Source: a virus
IMG/VR virus record: IMGVR_UViG_3300029258_001393
Span: 1-63,515 of that record
Length of the DNA: 63,515 bases
Reading direction: 5' to 3' (one strand)
Shown here in pieces: positions 41,002 to 51,379 of the stretch (positions are counted from its first letter, which is position 1; the number at the start of each line of letters is the position of its first letter). Under the pieces are notes generated by a model that saw nothing but the letters and a program-made list of their open reading frames with translations, had not been told where the DNA came from and ran no database searches. The translations under genes and the position numbers were made by a program.

Positions 41002-43521
41002 ATGGGGCAGCTTGTATTTGGGCCATATGATAACAGTGTTTTCGATGCGTATTATTACGACGACGATTATACGTTTCGGGTATGGATACCCCCGGCCCTT
41101 TTAACCGAGTGTAGTAAATTTCGAATTGGTTTTGGGTATTATTCAACTCAAAACGTTTATATTGACGCAGTATATGTCGGTCAATCATCGGGAGCAACAG
41201 CGGATTCCGCCTTTGACGGAACTCCTACTGCTGTTTTGTTTAGCGGTGTTGCCGCTGTTACCTACAATAGCGCCGTAAAGTACTCGGATTATGTGGAATA
41301 TGATATAGACCCTACCAAGGGTCTTATCATTTCTATGGAATTTGGGGCGTCTCATTCCTATATGCCGTATGTGGAAGTGGCAACCGGGGATGAGGCCGAT
41401 ATCGTCACTTATCGGGATTATGGTGACTATGCTGATTCATCCTCATTTTCGGCAGATGCGACTTATGAAACCCGGAGACATTTAGTTGTCAGTATCGGAA
41501 ATGTATTTGAATTAGACGACGATTTATCTAACCTGAAGTCTGATGCCAATATTAACCATGCGCATCAGTCGAACGCCATTTCCGCGACCGCCGATATCGG
41601 GGCCGGTGATAACGGTGTAGTTACAACAACCGTTGATACCGCCGGAACTGACGGGAATAATTATACCATTGAGGTTGTGGCCGGTGTCGGTGTAGATCAG
41701 GCAATGTCAGCGGCTATTTTAGCTAAGGCCGTTACCGTTACCCTGGGAACCGATGGGGCCGGCGATCCTGACGATACCAAAAATACAGCTACGCTTATTA
41801 CCGCAGCGATTGAGGCTTTGGCAAATGTCAGTGCAAGTGCTTCCGGCACCGGTGCAACTCCATTAACTGGTGCAGAAGGTCCGACCTCTTTTACCGGGGG
41901 TGTGGATCAGTGGAGAACGTTCGATGCTCTTTCGGACATGGAATCAACCGGCGAAGTCGAGTGGAATTATGTTGTTGATGACTTGCCGGATGTTCAATTA
42001 ACCGGTTTCGGGAAAATCGGCTTTATCGATCTTGACGATGGAGTGTTGTCAGACCTTCAATGCACGGGGCGAACAGGGGATAATGGCGAATTGGGTTATT
42101 ATGAACCTGTTTATCTTCCAGATATGCGTTGCGAAGGTCAGACAGGGGAACGTGCGGATTTAGACGCCAATCTTCCAGATCTTCAATGCACCGGATATAC
42201 CGGGGCTCAGGCAGATAACACATTGCCGGACCTGGAAATTTCCGCAACCGGGACCGCCGGGCAGGTTGGAAACCTGGATGAAACACTTCCCGACTTAGAT
42301 TGTACGGCTTATGCCGGATCCAGATGCGGAATATTAACACTGCCTGATCTTCAGATCGAGGCTACCGCTTCAGGGTCTTACGCCACCCTTGACGCCAAGA
42401 TCCCTGCATTGATAATCGAGGCTGAAGGATCGACACCGACAACCGGTGTTTTGGATATGGATTTGACATTTCCTACATTCGATGGGGAAATGTCTTTGGA
42501 TTGTCGGTTGAACCTGAATGCTGATCTTTCAAATTTAAAAATATCTTCAACACTTTATGGACCACGGACTTTAATACTCGATGCAACACTTCCAGATTTA
42601 AAGGTCAATGCTGAACTGAAAAGAGAAGTTGCCGGGGAGTTGGATGACAATCTTCCTGGCCTGCGGATAGAATCAACAGCCCATTGTACACCTGAAATCA
42701 GTCTTGAAAGCGACCTTCCGGCTCTTAAACTTTCTTCAACGCTTTATGGTCCGAGAACTTTAAATCTTGATGCGACACTTTCAGATCTAAAAATAGAAGC
42801 TGAACTTAAACGGGAGGTTTCGGGAGAATTAGACACCGATCTTCCGGGATTACGAATAGAGGGAACAGCTCATTGTACGCCTGAGATCAGTCTTGAAAAT
42901 GATTTACCGAATTTAAAACTTTCTTCTACAGCCTATGGTCCGAGAACCTTAGTTCTTGACGCCACGTTATCGGATTTAAAAATTGAGGCTGAACTCAAAC
43001 GTGAAGTTTCGGGAAATCTTGATACCATTCTTCCGGGGTTGCGAATAGAATCAACAGCGCATTGTACTCCTGAAATAAGCCTTGAAAGTGATTTACCAAA
43101 CTTAAAATTATCTTCTACAGCATACGGCCCAAGAACATTAACCCTTGATGCAACATTATCAGACTTAAAGATCGAAGCCGAACTTAGAAGAGAAGTTACC
43201 GGAAGTTTGGATACCGACCTTCCAGGTTTGAGGATAGAAGGCGCCGGCCATTGTGACCTTGATACAATCAGTCTTGACGAAAATCTTCCGATCTTAGGCC
43301 TTGAGGCCAGTGGTTACTCGGGCGAAGTCGGAACTCTTGACGCAACACTTTCAAACCTGACAATCGAAGCGTCTATTCTTTCTGAAGAAATCGGAGATCT
43401 TGACGCGACACTCCCGGCTTTGGTGATGGGCGACACCCGGACCGGGGGAACCGGAGGAGAAAGCGGAACTATTTCTTATCTTAGCAGATTTGCGGATTAT
43501 ATTTTAAGGCATACGAGGTAA
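41002..43521 (+). CDS. repeat-rich tail or fibre protein (839 aa)
   Basis: About 8 short LPDLxxxG units followed by four 63-aa tandem repeats. Confidence 0.6.
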   Translation: MGQLVFGPYDNSVFDAYYYDDDYTFRVWIPPALLTECSKFRIGFGYYSTQNVYIDAVYVGQSSGATADSAFDGTPTAVLFSGVAAVTYNSAVKYSDYVEYDIDPTKGLIISMEFGASHSYMPYVEVATGDEADIVTYRDYGDYADSSSFSADATYETRRHLVVSIGNVFELDDDLSNLKSDANINHAHQSNAISATADIGAGDNGVVTTTVDTAGTDGNNYTIEVVAGVGVDQAMSAAILAKAVTVTLGTDGAGDPDDTKNTATLITAAIEALANVSASASGTGATPLTGAEGPTSFTGGVDQWRTFDALSDMESTGEVEWNYVVDDLPDVQLTGFGKIGFIDLDDGVLSDLQCTGRTGDNGELGYYEPVYLPDMRCEGQTGERADLDANLPDLQCTGYTGAQADNTLPDLEISATGTAGQVGNLDETLPDLDCTAYAGSRCGILTLPDLQIEATASGSYATLDAKIPALIIEAEGSTPTTGVLDMDLTFPTFDGEMSLDCRLNLNADLSNLKISSTLYGPRTLILDATLPDLKVNAELKREVAGELDDNLPGLRIESTAHCTPEISLESDLPALKLSSTLYGPRTLNLDATLSDLKIEAELKREVSGELDTDLPGLRIEGTAHCTPEISLENDLPNLKLSSTAYGPRTLVLDATLSDLKIEAELKREVSGNLDTILPGLRIESTAHCTPEISLESDLPNLKLSSTAYGPRTLTLDATLSDLKIEAELRREVTGSLDTDLPGLRIEGAGHCDLDTISLDENLPILGLEASGYSGEVGTLDATLSNLTIEASILSEEIGDLDATLPALVMGDTRTGGTGGESGTISYLSRFADYILRHTR
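42523..43278 (+). repeat. 4 x 189-bp in-frame tandem repeat
   Basis: Unit starts at 42523, 42712, 42901 and 43090 (DLxxLKLSSTxYGPRTLxLDATLSDLKIEAELKREV...CTPEISLE). A degenerate fifth unit follows. Confidence 0.85.
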
Positions 43522-43523
43522 TT

Positions 43524-44000
43524 ATGGCAACTGAAAGACTTACCATTGCCCTGAACGCAAAAATAAACGCTTTGTATCAGTGGTCAAACTTTAATTTTAA
43601 CAGCATGATCATGTTTAACGGTGTTCCGATTGCTGCAAACGAAGATGGTATTTATTCCCTGTTCGATGCCGATGACGACGATGGAACGGATATCGACGCT
43701 TTTTTTGAATTGGCTACAACAGACTGGGGGATGCCTGAGACTAAAAAGGTTAGATTTGCCTATGTCAGCGGTGAAACTTCCGGGGATTTGAAATTAAAAT
43801 TAAAGGTCGATGATGATCAGGAACAAACCTATTTAGTCCCGGCAAGAAAGACCGGGCAACTTCAACACCGATACCATAGGGTTGATGGTCGTAATGATTT
43901 GAGAGGCGTTTATTGGCGGCCACGGATAGAGAACACAAAGGGATGTGATTTCAGCGTGGACGCCATGGATGCAATTGTAATGTTTTTGGGGAATAGATAA
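43524..44000 (+). CDS. hypothetical tail protein (158 aa)
   Basis: Starts 2 nt after the upstream stop. Confidence 0.5.
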   Translation: MATERLTIALNAKINALYQWSNFNFNSMIMFNGVPIAANEDGIYSLFDADDDDGTDIDAFFELATTDWGMPETKKVRFAYVSGETSGDLKLKLKVDDDQEQTYLVPARKTGQLQHRYHRVDGRNDLRGVYWRPRIENTKGCDFSVDAMDAIVMFLGNR

Positions 44001-45859
44001 TGACCGAAGGGCCGAAACAAGTCAACATGTACGGAATCCGTTATTTTATTAACGGCGATTTGTCGGACCCGTATGTCAAAAAACTGATGGTTCAGGCCCG
44101 GAATGACCTTCGGGGGATGAAGGATAGAAACATAAACGATATTGATCATATCTGGATGAACAAACCCAAGGCGTATAAGATTGATAGCCAGTTTGGGATT
44201 GATTCGGTTTATATTGATGTGCCGACTTTTGGGGAAAAAATTAAACGTAAGGTTGTCCTCGAAGAAAAAAAAGAAAAGAAAGACTTAAATGTTTATCTTA
44301 CTCCTGCATTTGAGGCTTATGATAGCGACTGGAATCAGATAGGATATGTTATTTGTTCTCCTGGAACTTGGAATGCTCCCTACACGCTTATAGTAACTGA
44401 TAATGTCATACCACCTGATGAAGATGGTGTTGCACTGGCAATAGCAAGAGAAGCTGGTGTTACAGTAGATCCATTCTACTTTCCATCTTGGAAAGATATG
44501 TGGTCAAGATATTGGGATGTAGATCCTGACGATAAGCCATACGAAGGAATTCTTGAAAATAAAGATGTTTATACTGGCTATCCCGTATCTGGTATCTATG
44601 GCGGAGATATTAGGGTTAATCTTTTTGAAATAGCTTCTACGTTTGAAGAAGTCTTCAGAGAGATGTGGGATATAGAAGGTTTTGCTTACCCGGAAGAAGT
44701 TATTACTCAGGTTGGTGAATGGGCTGGAGGTGATTATTTACTAAGCATTGTTTTCCAAAACCAAGATGCATATGGCGAAGATTTAGATCATTGCTCTTGT
44801 GGTGATGTTTGCAGGTCTTTGCGAGATATGTCTGGAATTTATACGCTTAATGACTCTTTTACGTCCTACCTTGTATTTACTGGCGCTGATGATCCCATTT
44901 CAACGACTTACTTTGATGGTTATTCTGTCGATCAACAAGAAAATAGAACAGATTATATTCCAATGGTACACTGGTTAGCCAACTGCTTTGGTGTTGGGGC
45001 CGATTGGGACGATAGGTTTGCAGAACATAAAGCTTTACATATGCACTGGTATGCCGAGACGGTTGAGCCTGGATGTCCACCTAACGGCACATTAACTCAT
45101 CCAGAAGCTCATGCTTGGGGCGATGCAATAGCACAAGATCATGTTAGCATATCCTTTGAACATTCTGGTATTGCGTATGGAACTAAGTCTGAAACATACT
45201 TATCGTGGAATAGTTATTGGGCTAACGCTTATGATATAAATAAGTATTCCTGTTTCTTTCTTGAGCGTTTATGGACAAATGATTATAGCGTAGAAACCAC
45301 TTTTCATCATATGCCTGACTATGGGTATCAGCCGTATATAACACCACTTCCATATCCACAAGCGGATTATCCAGAATACTGGGATTGGTATCAGACAACA
45401 GAGTCGAGTAGTATTAATTTGAATATTTATAAGTACTGGATAGCCATTAATGGAGATAAGGTTTTATGGAAGGAAAGTTTGCCAATTGAAGATGCGTGGG
45501 ATGGTAACTGGGAGTGGCATGTTCAAGATATGTATATTCGTTACTTTGAACTTGATAAAACTGGGGATAACTTTTGGGTGCTTTTAGCGATACATAATAG
45601 GCCACAGGATGAAGACCTTGGGATTAATAGATGGATATACCATATCTATAAATCGTCTTCATTAGAATTAAGCGAGCCTGTAATGTTTGACAATTTACAA
45701 TATAGTGGTCCCCCAGAATACTATACTCATGAAATTCCAAACTTAGTAGCTCCCAATAGTGGGCCAGTATATGCTCGTGGAACTTTTAGATTGTTTCAAG
45801 TAACTGAAGATGATGAAAAAATCAAGATAACAACAAAAAAATGCGAGTATGAAATATAG
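44000..45859 (+). CDS. hypothetical tail or baseplate protein (619 aa), Trp/Tyr-rich
   Basis: TAATG overlap. From about 44.3 kb on it is visibly more AT-rich than its neighbours. Confidence 0.55.
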   Translation: MTEGPKQVNMYGIRYFINGDLSDPYVKKLMVQARNDLRGMKDRNINDIDHIWMNKPKAYKIDSQFGIDSVYIDVPTFGEKIKRKVVLEEKKEKKDLNVYLTPAFEAYDSDWNQIGYVICSPGTWNAPYTLIVTDNVIPPDEDGVALAIAREAGVTVDPFYFPSWKDMWSRYWDVDPDDKPYEGILENKDVYTGYPVSGIYGGDIRVNLFEIASTFEEVFREMWDIEGFAYPEEVITQVGEWAGGDYLLSIVFQNQDAYGEDLDHCSCGDVCRSLRDMSGIYTLNDSFTSYLVFTGADDPISTTYFDGYSVDQQENRTDYIPMVHWLANCFGVGADWDDRFAEHKALHMHWYAETVEPGCPPNGTLTHPEAHAWGDAIAQDHVSISFEHSGIAYGTKSETYLSWNSYWANAYDINKYSCFFLERLWTNDYSVETTFHHMPDYGYQPYITPLPYPQADYPEYWDWYQTTESSSINLNIYKYWIAINGDKVLWKESLPIEDAWDGNWEWHVQDMYIRYFELDKTGDNFWVLLAIHNRPQDEDLGINRWIYHIYKSSSLELSEPVMFDNLQYSGPPEYYTHEIPNLVAPNSGPVYARGTFRLFQVTEDDEKIKITTKKCEYEI

Positions 45860-45868
45860 GAGCCAAAA

Positions 45869-48800
45869 ATGTCAATAGGACCAATGGGAAGCGCAAACGA
45901 CTTAACACCTCCGGCGGCGGTTTCAAGTGCCGGAACATTGGTTTCGGAGCGATTTGAAATAGCTGAAATTTACGGCACTGAGTCATGGGACAGGGCGTTA
46001 ACATATTTGGCTCAAATTGCCGGGTTTAGTTTTTATATGCCGTGGACCGCTGTTGAAATGGACGATATTCCGACAACCGGATTAGACGCCATTAATGCAA
46101 ACGAACCCACACTTCCCGAAATCAGTCCGATAGATATTTTTATCCCGACACTGGATGCGGTTGCCCCGGAAATGGAAGACGTTGAAACCGACATCGGAGA
46201 TGTACCTAATTTTGTTCCGATAGATCCTAACTTTAATATTCCAGACACGCCGAGCGTAACCTGGCCGGAACTTTTAGACGAAGCGCAACCGTTATCAGAT
46301 GTAACCATACCCGCAAAGCCAAGCTACACAAGTCCGGCGGCGCCGGTTATGTCAGGGGTAAGCATACCGTCTGTTCCTGAACTCAACATGCCGACATTTG
46401 AAGGCGTTGAACCCGAGATAGACTATGGTGAGGCACCGATAGCACCGTCAGTCAGTCTTCCGGATCTTGAACTTATTTCACCGGAAACACCCGATATAGA
46501 TGTTCCGAGTCCTCCCGAGCTTGATCTTCCGGCATTTGAAGGTGTCAGGCCGATTATGGACACACTGACAATCCCATCTCCCCCCGAATACGATATGCCT
46601 AACTTTGAGGGTGTCGAGCCGGATATAAGCGATTTTTCAGCACCGATAGCACCGGAAGCAAGCATACCGGATCTTGAACTTATTTCGCCAGAGACACCGG
46701 ATGTTGATATTCCTTCGCCGCCCACGTTTGATCTTTCGGAATTTGATGGCATTAAACCGGTGATGGATACATTAACGATTCCTTCACCGCCGGAATATAA
46801 TATGCCTAATTTTGAAGGAGTTGAACCAGATATAGAAGACTTCTCTGCGCCAGTAGCACCGGAAGCAAGTATCCCCGATCTTTCATTAACGGCACCCGAA
46901 ACACCAGACATTGATATTCCTTCGCCGCCGGAACTCGACCTTCAGGAATTTGATGGTGTTAAACCGATAATGGATACACTAAGCATACCAACCCCGCCAA
47001 CCTTGAACATTCCATCCTTTGAAGGGGTTGAACCAGACATAGGAGATTTTTCTGCGCCTATTGCTCCTGAAGCAAATATACCGGATCTTGTGCTTACATC
47101 TCCCGAAACACCGGATATTTCAGTTCCGGGTGCGCCGGAGTTAAACCTGCCGACATTTAGCGGAGTTAGGCCGGTAATGGACGCATTGAGCATACCTTCA
47201 CCGCCGGAGTTTAATGTTCCATCGTTTGACGGTGATCTTCCGGTCACGGATTTAACACCGCCGGAACCCATGTTTTATTACAATGAAACCCGGTATGACA
47301 GCGATCTTTTAAACGAATTAACCAGCAAACTTTTAACGGATATCCGAGCCGGGGGAACCGGTCTTGATGCTGACACCGAACAGGCTATATGGGATCGGGC
47401 AACTGCCAGACAGACAGAAGAAAATGAAATTGCATTTGAAGAAGCGAAAAACTTTTGGGCTTCAAAAGGATGGGAATTGCCACCGGGCGCTCTTGTAGGT
47501 GCGGTGATTGACGTCAGAAACAAAATTGACCGCCGAAACACCGATCTTAACAATGATATTTTAATTCAGCAATCCAAGTTGGCACAGGAAAATACCCATT
47601 TCATTATACAGTCCTGTCTTAATCACGAAAAAATGATGATAGACGACACCAATACCTATCAGCAAAGAGCGTTTGAGGCGGCCAAGGCCGTAGTGGATTA
47701 TGCTATTAAGGTTTATTTGGGAAAGGTTGAAGCGTACAAGGCCCGGATGGAAGGGTACAAAGTTCAGGCCGATGTATTTGAGTCGAGGATTCGTGCCGAA
47801 GTTGCTAAAGCCGATTTCTATAAAAGCCAGATCGAGGGCATAAAGGCCGTGGTTGAGGTATTCCTTGGGGAAATGGAAGGATATAAGGCGGACGCTTCTG
47901 TTTATGAAACCATCGCAAAGACCGAGCTTGTAAAGCCTGAATTCTTCAAAGCTGAAATAGACGGCAAGCGTTTAATTCTTGATCTTTACATTGCACAATT
48001 AGAAAGAGACAAGGTTCGGGCTTCGGTATTTGATTCTGTTGTCAAAGGCGAAATGATAAAGCCCGAGTTTTATAAAGCTGAAGTCGCTGGTATGCAGGCG
48101 GAAGTCGATGCAGAAAAATTAAAACTCGCAAAGTATGAGACACAGGCGAACGTATTTGAAACCCTTGTAAAAGCAGAGGGAATAAAGCCAGAATTTTATC
48201 GAAGTCAGATCGAGGGCGCAAAAGCAACCGTTGATGTATTCCTTGGGGAAATGGAGGGGTATAAAACCGAAGCATCCGTTTATGATACTTTAGCAAAAAA
48301 TGAACTGATAAAAACAGAGTTTTATAAAACCGAAATCGAGGGCAAAAGATTAAACCTTGACCTTTATACCGCACAACTGGAACGGGATAAAATCAGGGCA
48401 ATTATATTCGATTCGATAGTCAAGGGTGAATCAATAAAACCAGAATTCTATAAGGCAGAAATAGCCGGTATGCAAGCGGAGGTCGATGCTGAAAAACTTA
48501 AACTCGCCAAATATGAAACCCAGGCAAGCGTTTTTGAAACCAAAGCCAAGGCCGAGGGATTAAAAGCTGATTTTTACCGAAGTCAGATTGAAGGAACGAA
48601 AGCGGTTGTTGATGTATTCTTGGGCGAGATCGAAGGGTACAAGGCCGACGCATCCATATATGACACACTGGCAAAAACCGAACTGATAAAAACAGAGTTT
48701 TACAAAACAGAAATTGAAGGTAAACGGTTAAATCTCGATCTTTACACCGCACAGCTTGAACGGGACAAAATAAGGGCAATTGTGTTTGACTCAATAATTA

Positions 48801-50224
48801 AAGGAGAATCAATTAAACCCGAGTTTTACAAAGCCGAAATTGAAGGACTTCAGGCCGAAGTTGACGCCGAAAAACTTAAACTTGCTAAATACGAAACCCA
48901 AGCGAATGTTTTTGAAACCAAAGCCAAGGCCGAGGGATTAAAAGCTGATTTTTACCGAAGTCAAATCGAAGGTACAAAGGCCGTAGTCGATGTATTTCTT
49001 GGCGAAGTTGAGGGGTACAAAGCCGATGCTTCCATATTCGATACAATAGCGAAGACTGAATTAATAAAGCCTGAATTTTACAAGACTGAAATCGACGGAA
49101 AGCGGTTGAATCTTGATTATTATGTTGCTCAACTGGAACGGGACAAGATCAGAGCGTCCATATTCGATTCAATAGTAAAAGGTGAGCTGGCAAAACCGGA
49201 GTTTTACAAGGCCGAGATTGCAGGTTATCAGGCCGAGCTTGATTCGCAGAAATTAAAACTTGATAAATACGAGACACAGGCAAAGATATTTGAGACTAAA
49301 GCCCGGACAGAAGGATTGAAACCCGAATTTTACAAAGCAACCATAGACGGTATTCGTGTGGGGGTGGATGCCGAGGCCAGGTTGATTGATCTGTATAAAG
49401 CCCAACTTGCCGGTATTCAGAATATCATTGACCTATATCGTGCCGAAATGGAGGGTGCTAACATCGAGGCCAAAATCAACCGGGAAAAGGTCGAAATATT
49501 TAAAGCCCAGGTAGAAGCGTACTCCGCAGAGATAGGGGCCTTGACCGCAAGGTATAACGCATATCAGGCCGAAGTTGCCGGGGAAGCGGAAAAGGTTAAA
49601 ATGTACCTTGCCCAGGCCCAGGCATACGAGGCAGAAGTCAGAGGATATAAGGCAAAGGCCGATGTTGAGTTAGCAAAGGTTCAGGTCGAGGTTGAAAAGA
49701 ATAAGGGTGAGGTGGAAACCTATAAGGCCAACATTGAGAAATATCGCGCGGACATTCAACGATCAATTGCCCAGGGAGAAATCGAATCAAAAGAAATGGG
49801 ATACCGTGTATCTCTTTATGAAGCCGATACCAAACGATATGCTACAGAAATTGATGCCCTGGTTCGTTCATATCTTGGAAGAATTGAAGAAACAAAAGCA
49901 CAGGTTGAGCTACAGATTAAGGATGCTGATGTACAGTTAAAAGCGGCGATTGCCGAGGCCGAAATACAGTCCAACAATCTTCAGTCTCTTGCCAGGGTAT
50001 CCGCGCAACTGGCATCCAGCGCCATGTCCAGTGTATCAGCGTCGGCTCATCTTGGGTTTGGCGAAAGTCGGGGTGATACACGATCTTATGGTGTCCGTGT
50101 TGGATCGTCAGAAAACTACAGCGAGTCATTTTCAAGCGATTTGACAAAGGGCGTAAAAGAAAAAAGATGCACCGAAACCCACCACTATAGCGAGGAAGCC
50201 ACCGGTGAAGGATGTGAGGATTAA
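45869..50224 (+). CDS. 1451-aa repeat protein (tape-measure-like or internal ejection protein)
   Basis: Pro-rich 69-aa repeats at the N-terminus, long coiled-coil with 42/126-aa periodicity, TAGGAG SD. Confidence 0.6.
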   Translation: MSIGPMGSANDLTPPAAVSSAGTLVSERFEIAEIYGTESWDRALTYLAQIAGFSFYMPWTAVEMDDIPTTGLDAINANEPTLPEISPIDIFIPTLDAVAPEMEDVETDIGDVPNFVPIDPNFNIPDTPSVTWPELLDEAQPLSDVTIPAKPSYTSPAAPVMSGVSIPSVPELNMPTFEGVEPEIDYGEAPIAPSVSLPDLELISPETPDIDVPSPPELDLPAFEGVRPIMDTLTIPSPPEYDMPNFEGVEPDISDFSAPIAPEASIPDLELISPETPDVDIPSPPTFDLSEFDGIKPVMDTLTIPSPPEYNMPNFEGVEPDIEDFSAPVAPEASIPDLSLTAPETPDIDIPSPPELDLQEFDGVKPIMDTLSIPTPPTLNIPSFEGVEPDIGDFSAPIAPEANIPDLVLTSPETPDISVPGAPELNLPTFSGVRPVMDALSIPSPPEFNVPSFDGDLPVTDLTPPEPMFYYNETRYDSDLLNELTSKLLTDIRAGGTGLDADTEQAIWDRATARQTEENEIAFEEAKNFWASKGWELPPGALVGAVIDVRNKIDRRNTDLNNDILIQQSKLAQENTHFIIQSCLNHEKMMIDDTNTYQQRAFEAAKAVVDYAIKVYLGKVEAYKARMEGYKVQADVFESRIRAEVAKADFYKSQIEGIKAVVEVFLGEMEGYKADASVYETIAKTELVKPEFFKAEIDGKRLILDLYIAQLERDKVRASVFDSVVKGEMIKPEFYKAEVAGMQAEVDAEKLKLAKYETQANVFETLVKAEGIKPEFYRSQIEGAKATVDVFLGEMEGYKTEASVYDTLAKNELIKTEFYKTEIEGKRLNLDLYTAQLERDKIRAIIFDSIVKGESIKPEFYKAEIAGMQAEVDAEKLKLAKYETQASVFETKAKAEGLKADFYRSQIEGTKAVVDVFLGEIEGYKADASIYDTLAKTELIKTEFYKTEIEGKRLNLDLYTAQLERDKIRAIVFDSIIKGESIKPEFYKAEIEGLQAEVDAEKLKLAKYETQANVFETKAKAEGLKADFYRSQIEGTKAVVDVFLGEVEGYKADASIFDTIAKTELIKPEFYKTEIDGKRLNLDYYVAQLERDKIRASIFDSIVKGELAKPEFYKAEIAGYQAELDSQKLKLDKYETQAKIFETKARTEGLKPEFYKATIDGIRVGVDAEARLIDLYKAQLAGIQNIIDLYRAEMEGANIEAKINREKVEIFKAQVEAYSAEIGALTARYNAYQAEVAGEAEKVKMYLAQAQAYEAEVRGYKAKADVELAKVQVEVEKNKGEVETYKANIEKYRADIQRSIAQGEIESKEMGYRVSLYEADTKRYATEIDALVRSYLGRIEETKAQVELQIKDADVQLKAAIAEAEIQSNNLQSLARVSAQLASSAMSSVSASAHLGFGESRGDTRSYGVRVGSSENYSESFSSDLTKGVKEKRCTETHHYSEEATGEGCED
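46364..47270 (+). repeat. 4.3 x 207-bp in-frame tandem repeat (Pro-rich)
   Basis: Unit starts at 46364, 46571, 46778, 46985 and 47192 (IPSPPExxMPxFEGVEPDIxDFSAPIAPEASIPDL...). Confidence 0.85.
47816..49327 (+). repeat. 4 x 378-bp in-frame tandem repeat, each made of three 42-aa sub-repeats
   Basis: FY(K/R)xxIxG recurs at 47816, 48194, 48572 and 48950. 48530-48585 is identical to 48908-48963 (56 nt). Confidence 0.85.
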
Positions 50225-50238
50225 AGGGAGAATATAAA

Positions 50239-51378
50239 ATGGCTGGAATATTTGATCGAATAAAAACCGCATATGAAAACAGGGGCGAGACAGACGATTG
50301 GGAAAAGATTAAAGATCAATTCAACCCAAAGACGCAAATGCAAAAATTTGAGCAAAGGGGAGAGCGCGAACCCGCAAAGACATCCTTAATGGAACGGGCA
50401 ACGAAGAAAAAGCCAGCCATTGCCAAACCCCTAGAAGCTGGCGCGGCGTCGGCTCCGTCGGTTGTGGCTACAAAAAAAGCAAGGCAACCTATCAATAAAC
50501 GGAACACCGTCGATCCATCGGCATACGAGACCCCATCAAAAGGATATGCCAAAAATATAACGGAATCCAACACGTTCAGGGGTGGACGGCCATTGCTGAA
50601 CCCAAACGCAACACCATCTTTTAACGCAAGGGATACCGTTCCGAGGTCTTTAATTTTCACCCGTGCCAGGGAAAACATACAACGGCGAATCGGCGGCGGT
50701 GATGTTAAAGATCCTCGAACCGGAGAAATCCTTGAATCGTCCGACTGGATACCACAGGGCAAAGCATATTCAAGCAACGCATGGGAAAAGACCGTGGGCG
50801 GTCAACCGAATATGAACTATGACAAAAACGCTATCATGCCAGAGGGGTATTATAATGACGCGGGAACGTTTATTCCCGGACCGAGGGTTAAGGCTTGGGA
50901 GCCACTTTATAATGCAAGGAATCAGGGAGAAAGAAATATAGCAATGAAGGCATTTGCCGAAAAAGCTGGAACCCTTGACCCCGAAACCGGAAGAATCGGA
51001 AGTGAGCTGGCTCGGCGCGGTGAACAGAAACTTGCCAATATTCGGGGGAAATATGCGGAACGGGTTGCAAATATTGGGGCTAATGCGGATATCGAAAGTA
51101 CGAGGATTGCGGCTGATGCCACACGCGACAAGACAACAACGGTACCCCTGAAACAATTTGGCGGCACGTTAACGACTGAAGACATAGAGGGCAATAAAAC
51201 ACAGGTTCCGTACAACGAATATACCGGCCAGGTAGCGCCGGGGTATGGCGATGCAGAACTTCCTCCGGAGGCCAAGGCCGCCATTGAAAAGATTAGAAAC
51301 AATCCCGAAAAAATGAAGAAATTTTACATGGAAAACCCTCAATATAGATCTGCAATAAAAAGGCTATACGGCTATTAA
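50239..51378 (+). CDS. hypothetical internal virion protein (379 aa)
   Basis: AGGGAG SD. Lies between the two giant genes. Confidence 0.5.
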   Translation: MAGIFDRIKTAYENRGETDDWEKIKDQFNPKTQMQKFEQRGEREPAKTSLMERATKKKPAIAKPLEAGAASAPSVVATKKARQPINKRNTVDPSAYETPSKGYAKNITESNTFRGGRPLLNPNATPSFNARDTVPRSLIFTRARENIQRRIGGGDVKDPRTGEILESSDWIPQGKAYSSNAWEKTVGGQPNMNYDKNAIMPEGYYNDAGTFIPGPRVKAWEPLYNARNQGERNIAMKAFAEKAGTLDPETGRIGSELARRGEQKLANIRGKYAERVANIGANADIESTRIAADATRDKTTTVPLKQFGGTLTTEDIEGNKTQVPYNEYTGQVAPGYGDAELPPEAKAAIEKIRNNPEKMKKFYMENPQYRSAIKRLYGY

Positions 51379-51379
51379 T

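Noticed and set aside
42523-49327. The tandem repeat arrays as CRISPR arrays or DGR template/variable repeats.
   Set aside because: All units are in frame inside long ORFs and have no unique spacers. No reverse transcriptase or cas gene is present, and differences between copies are not adenine-specific.
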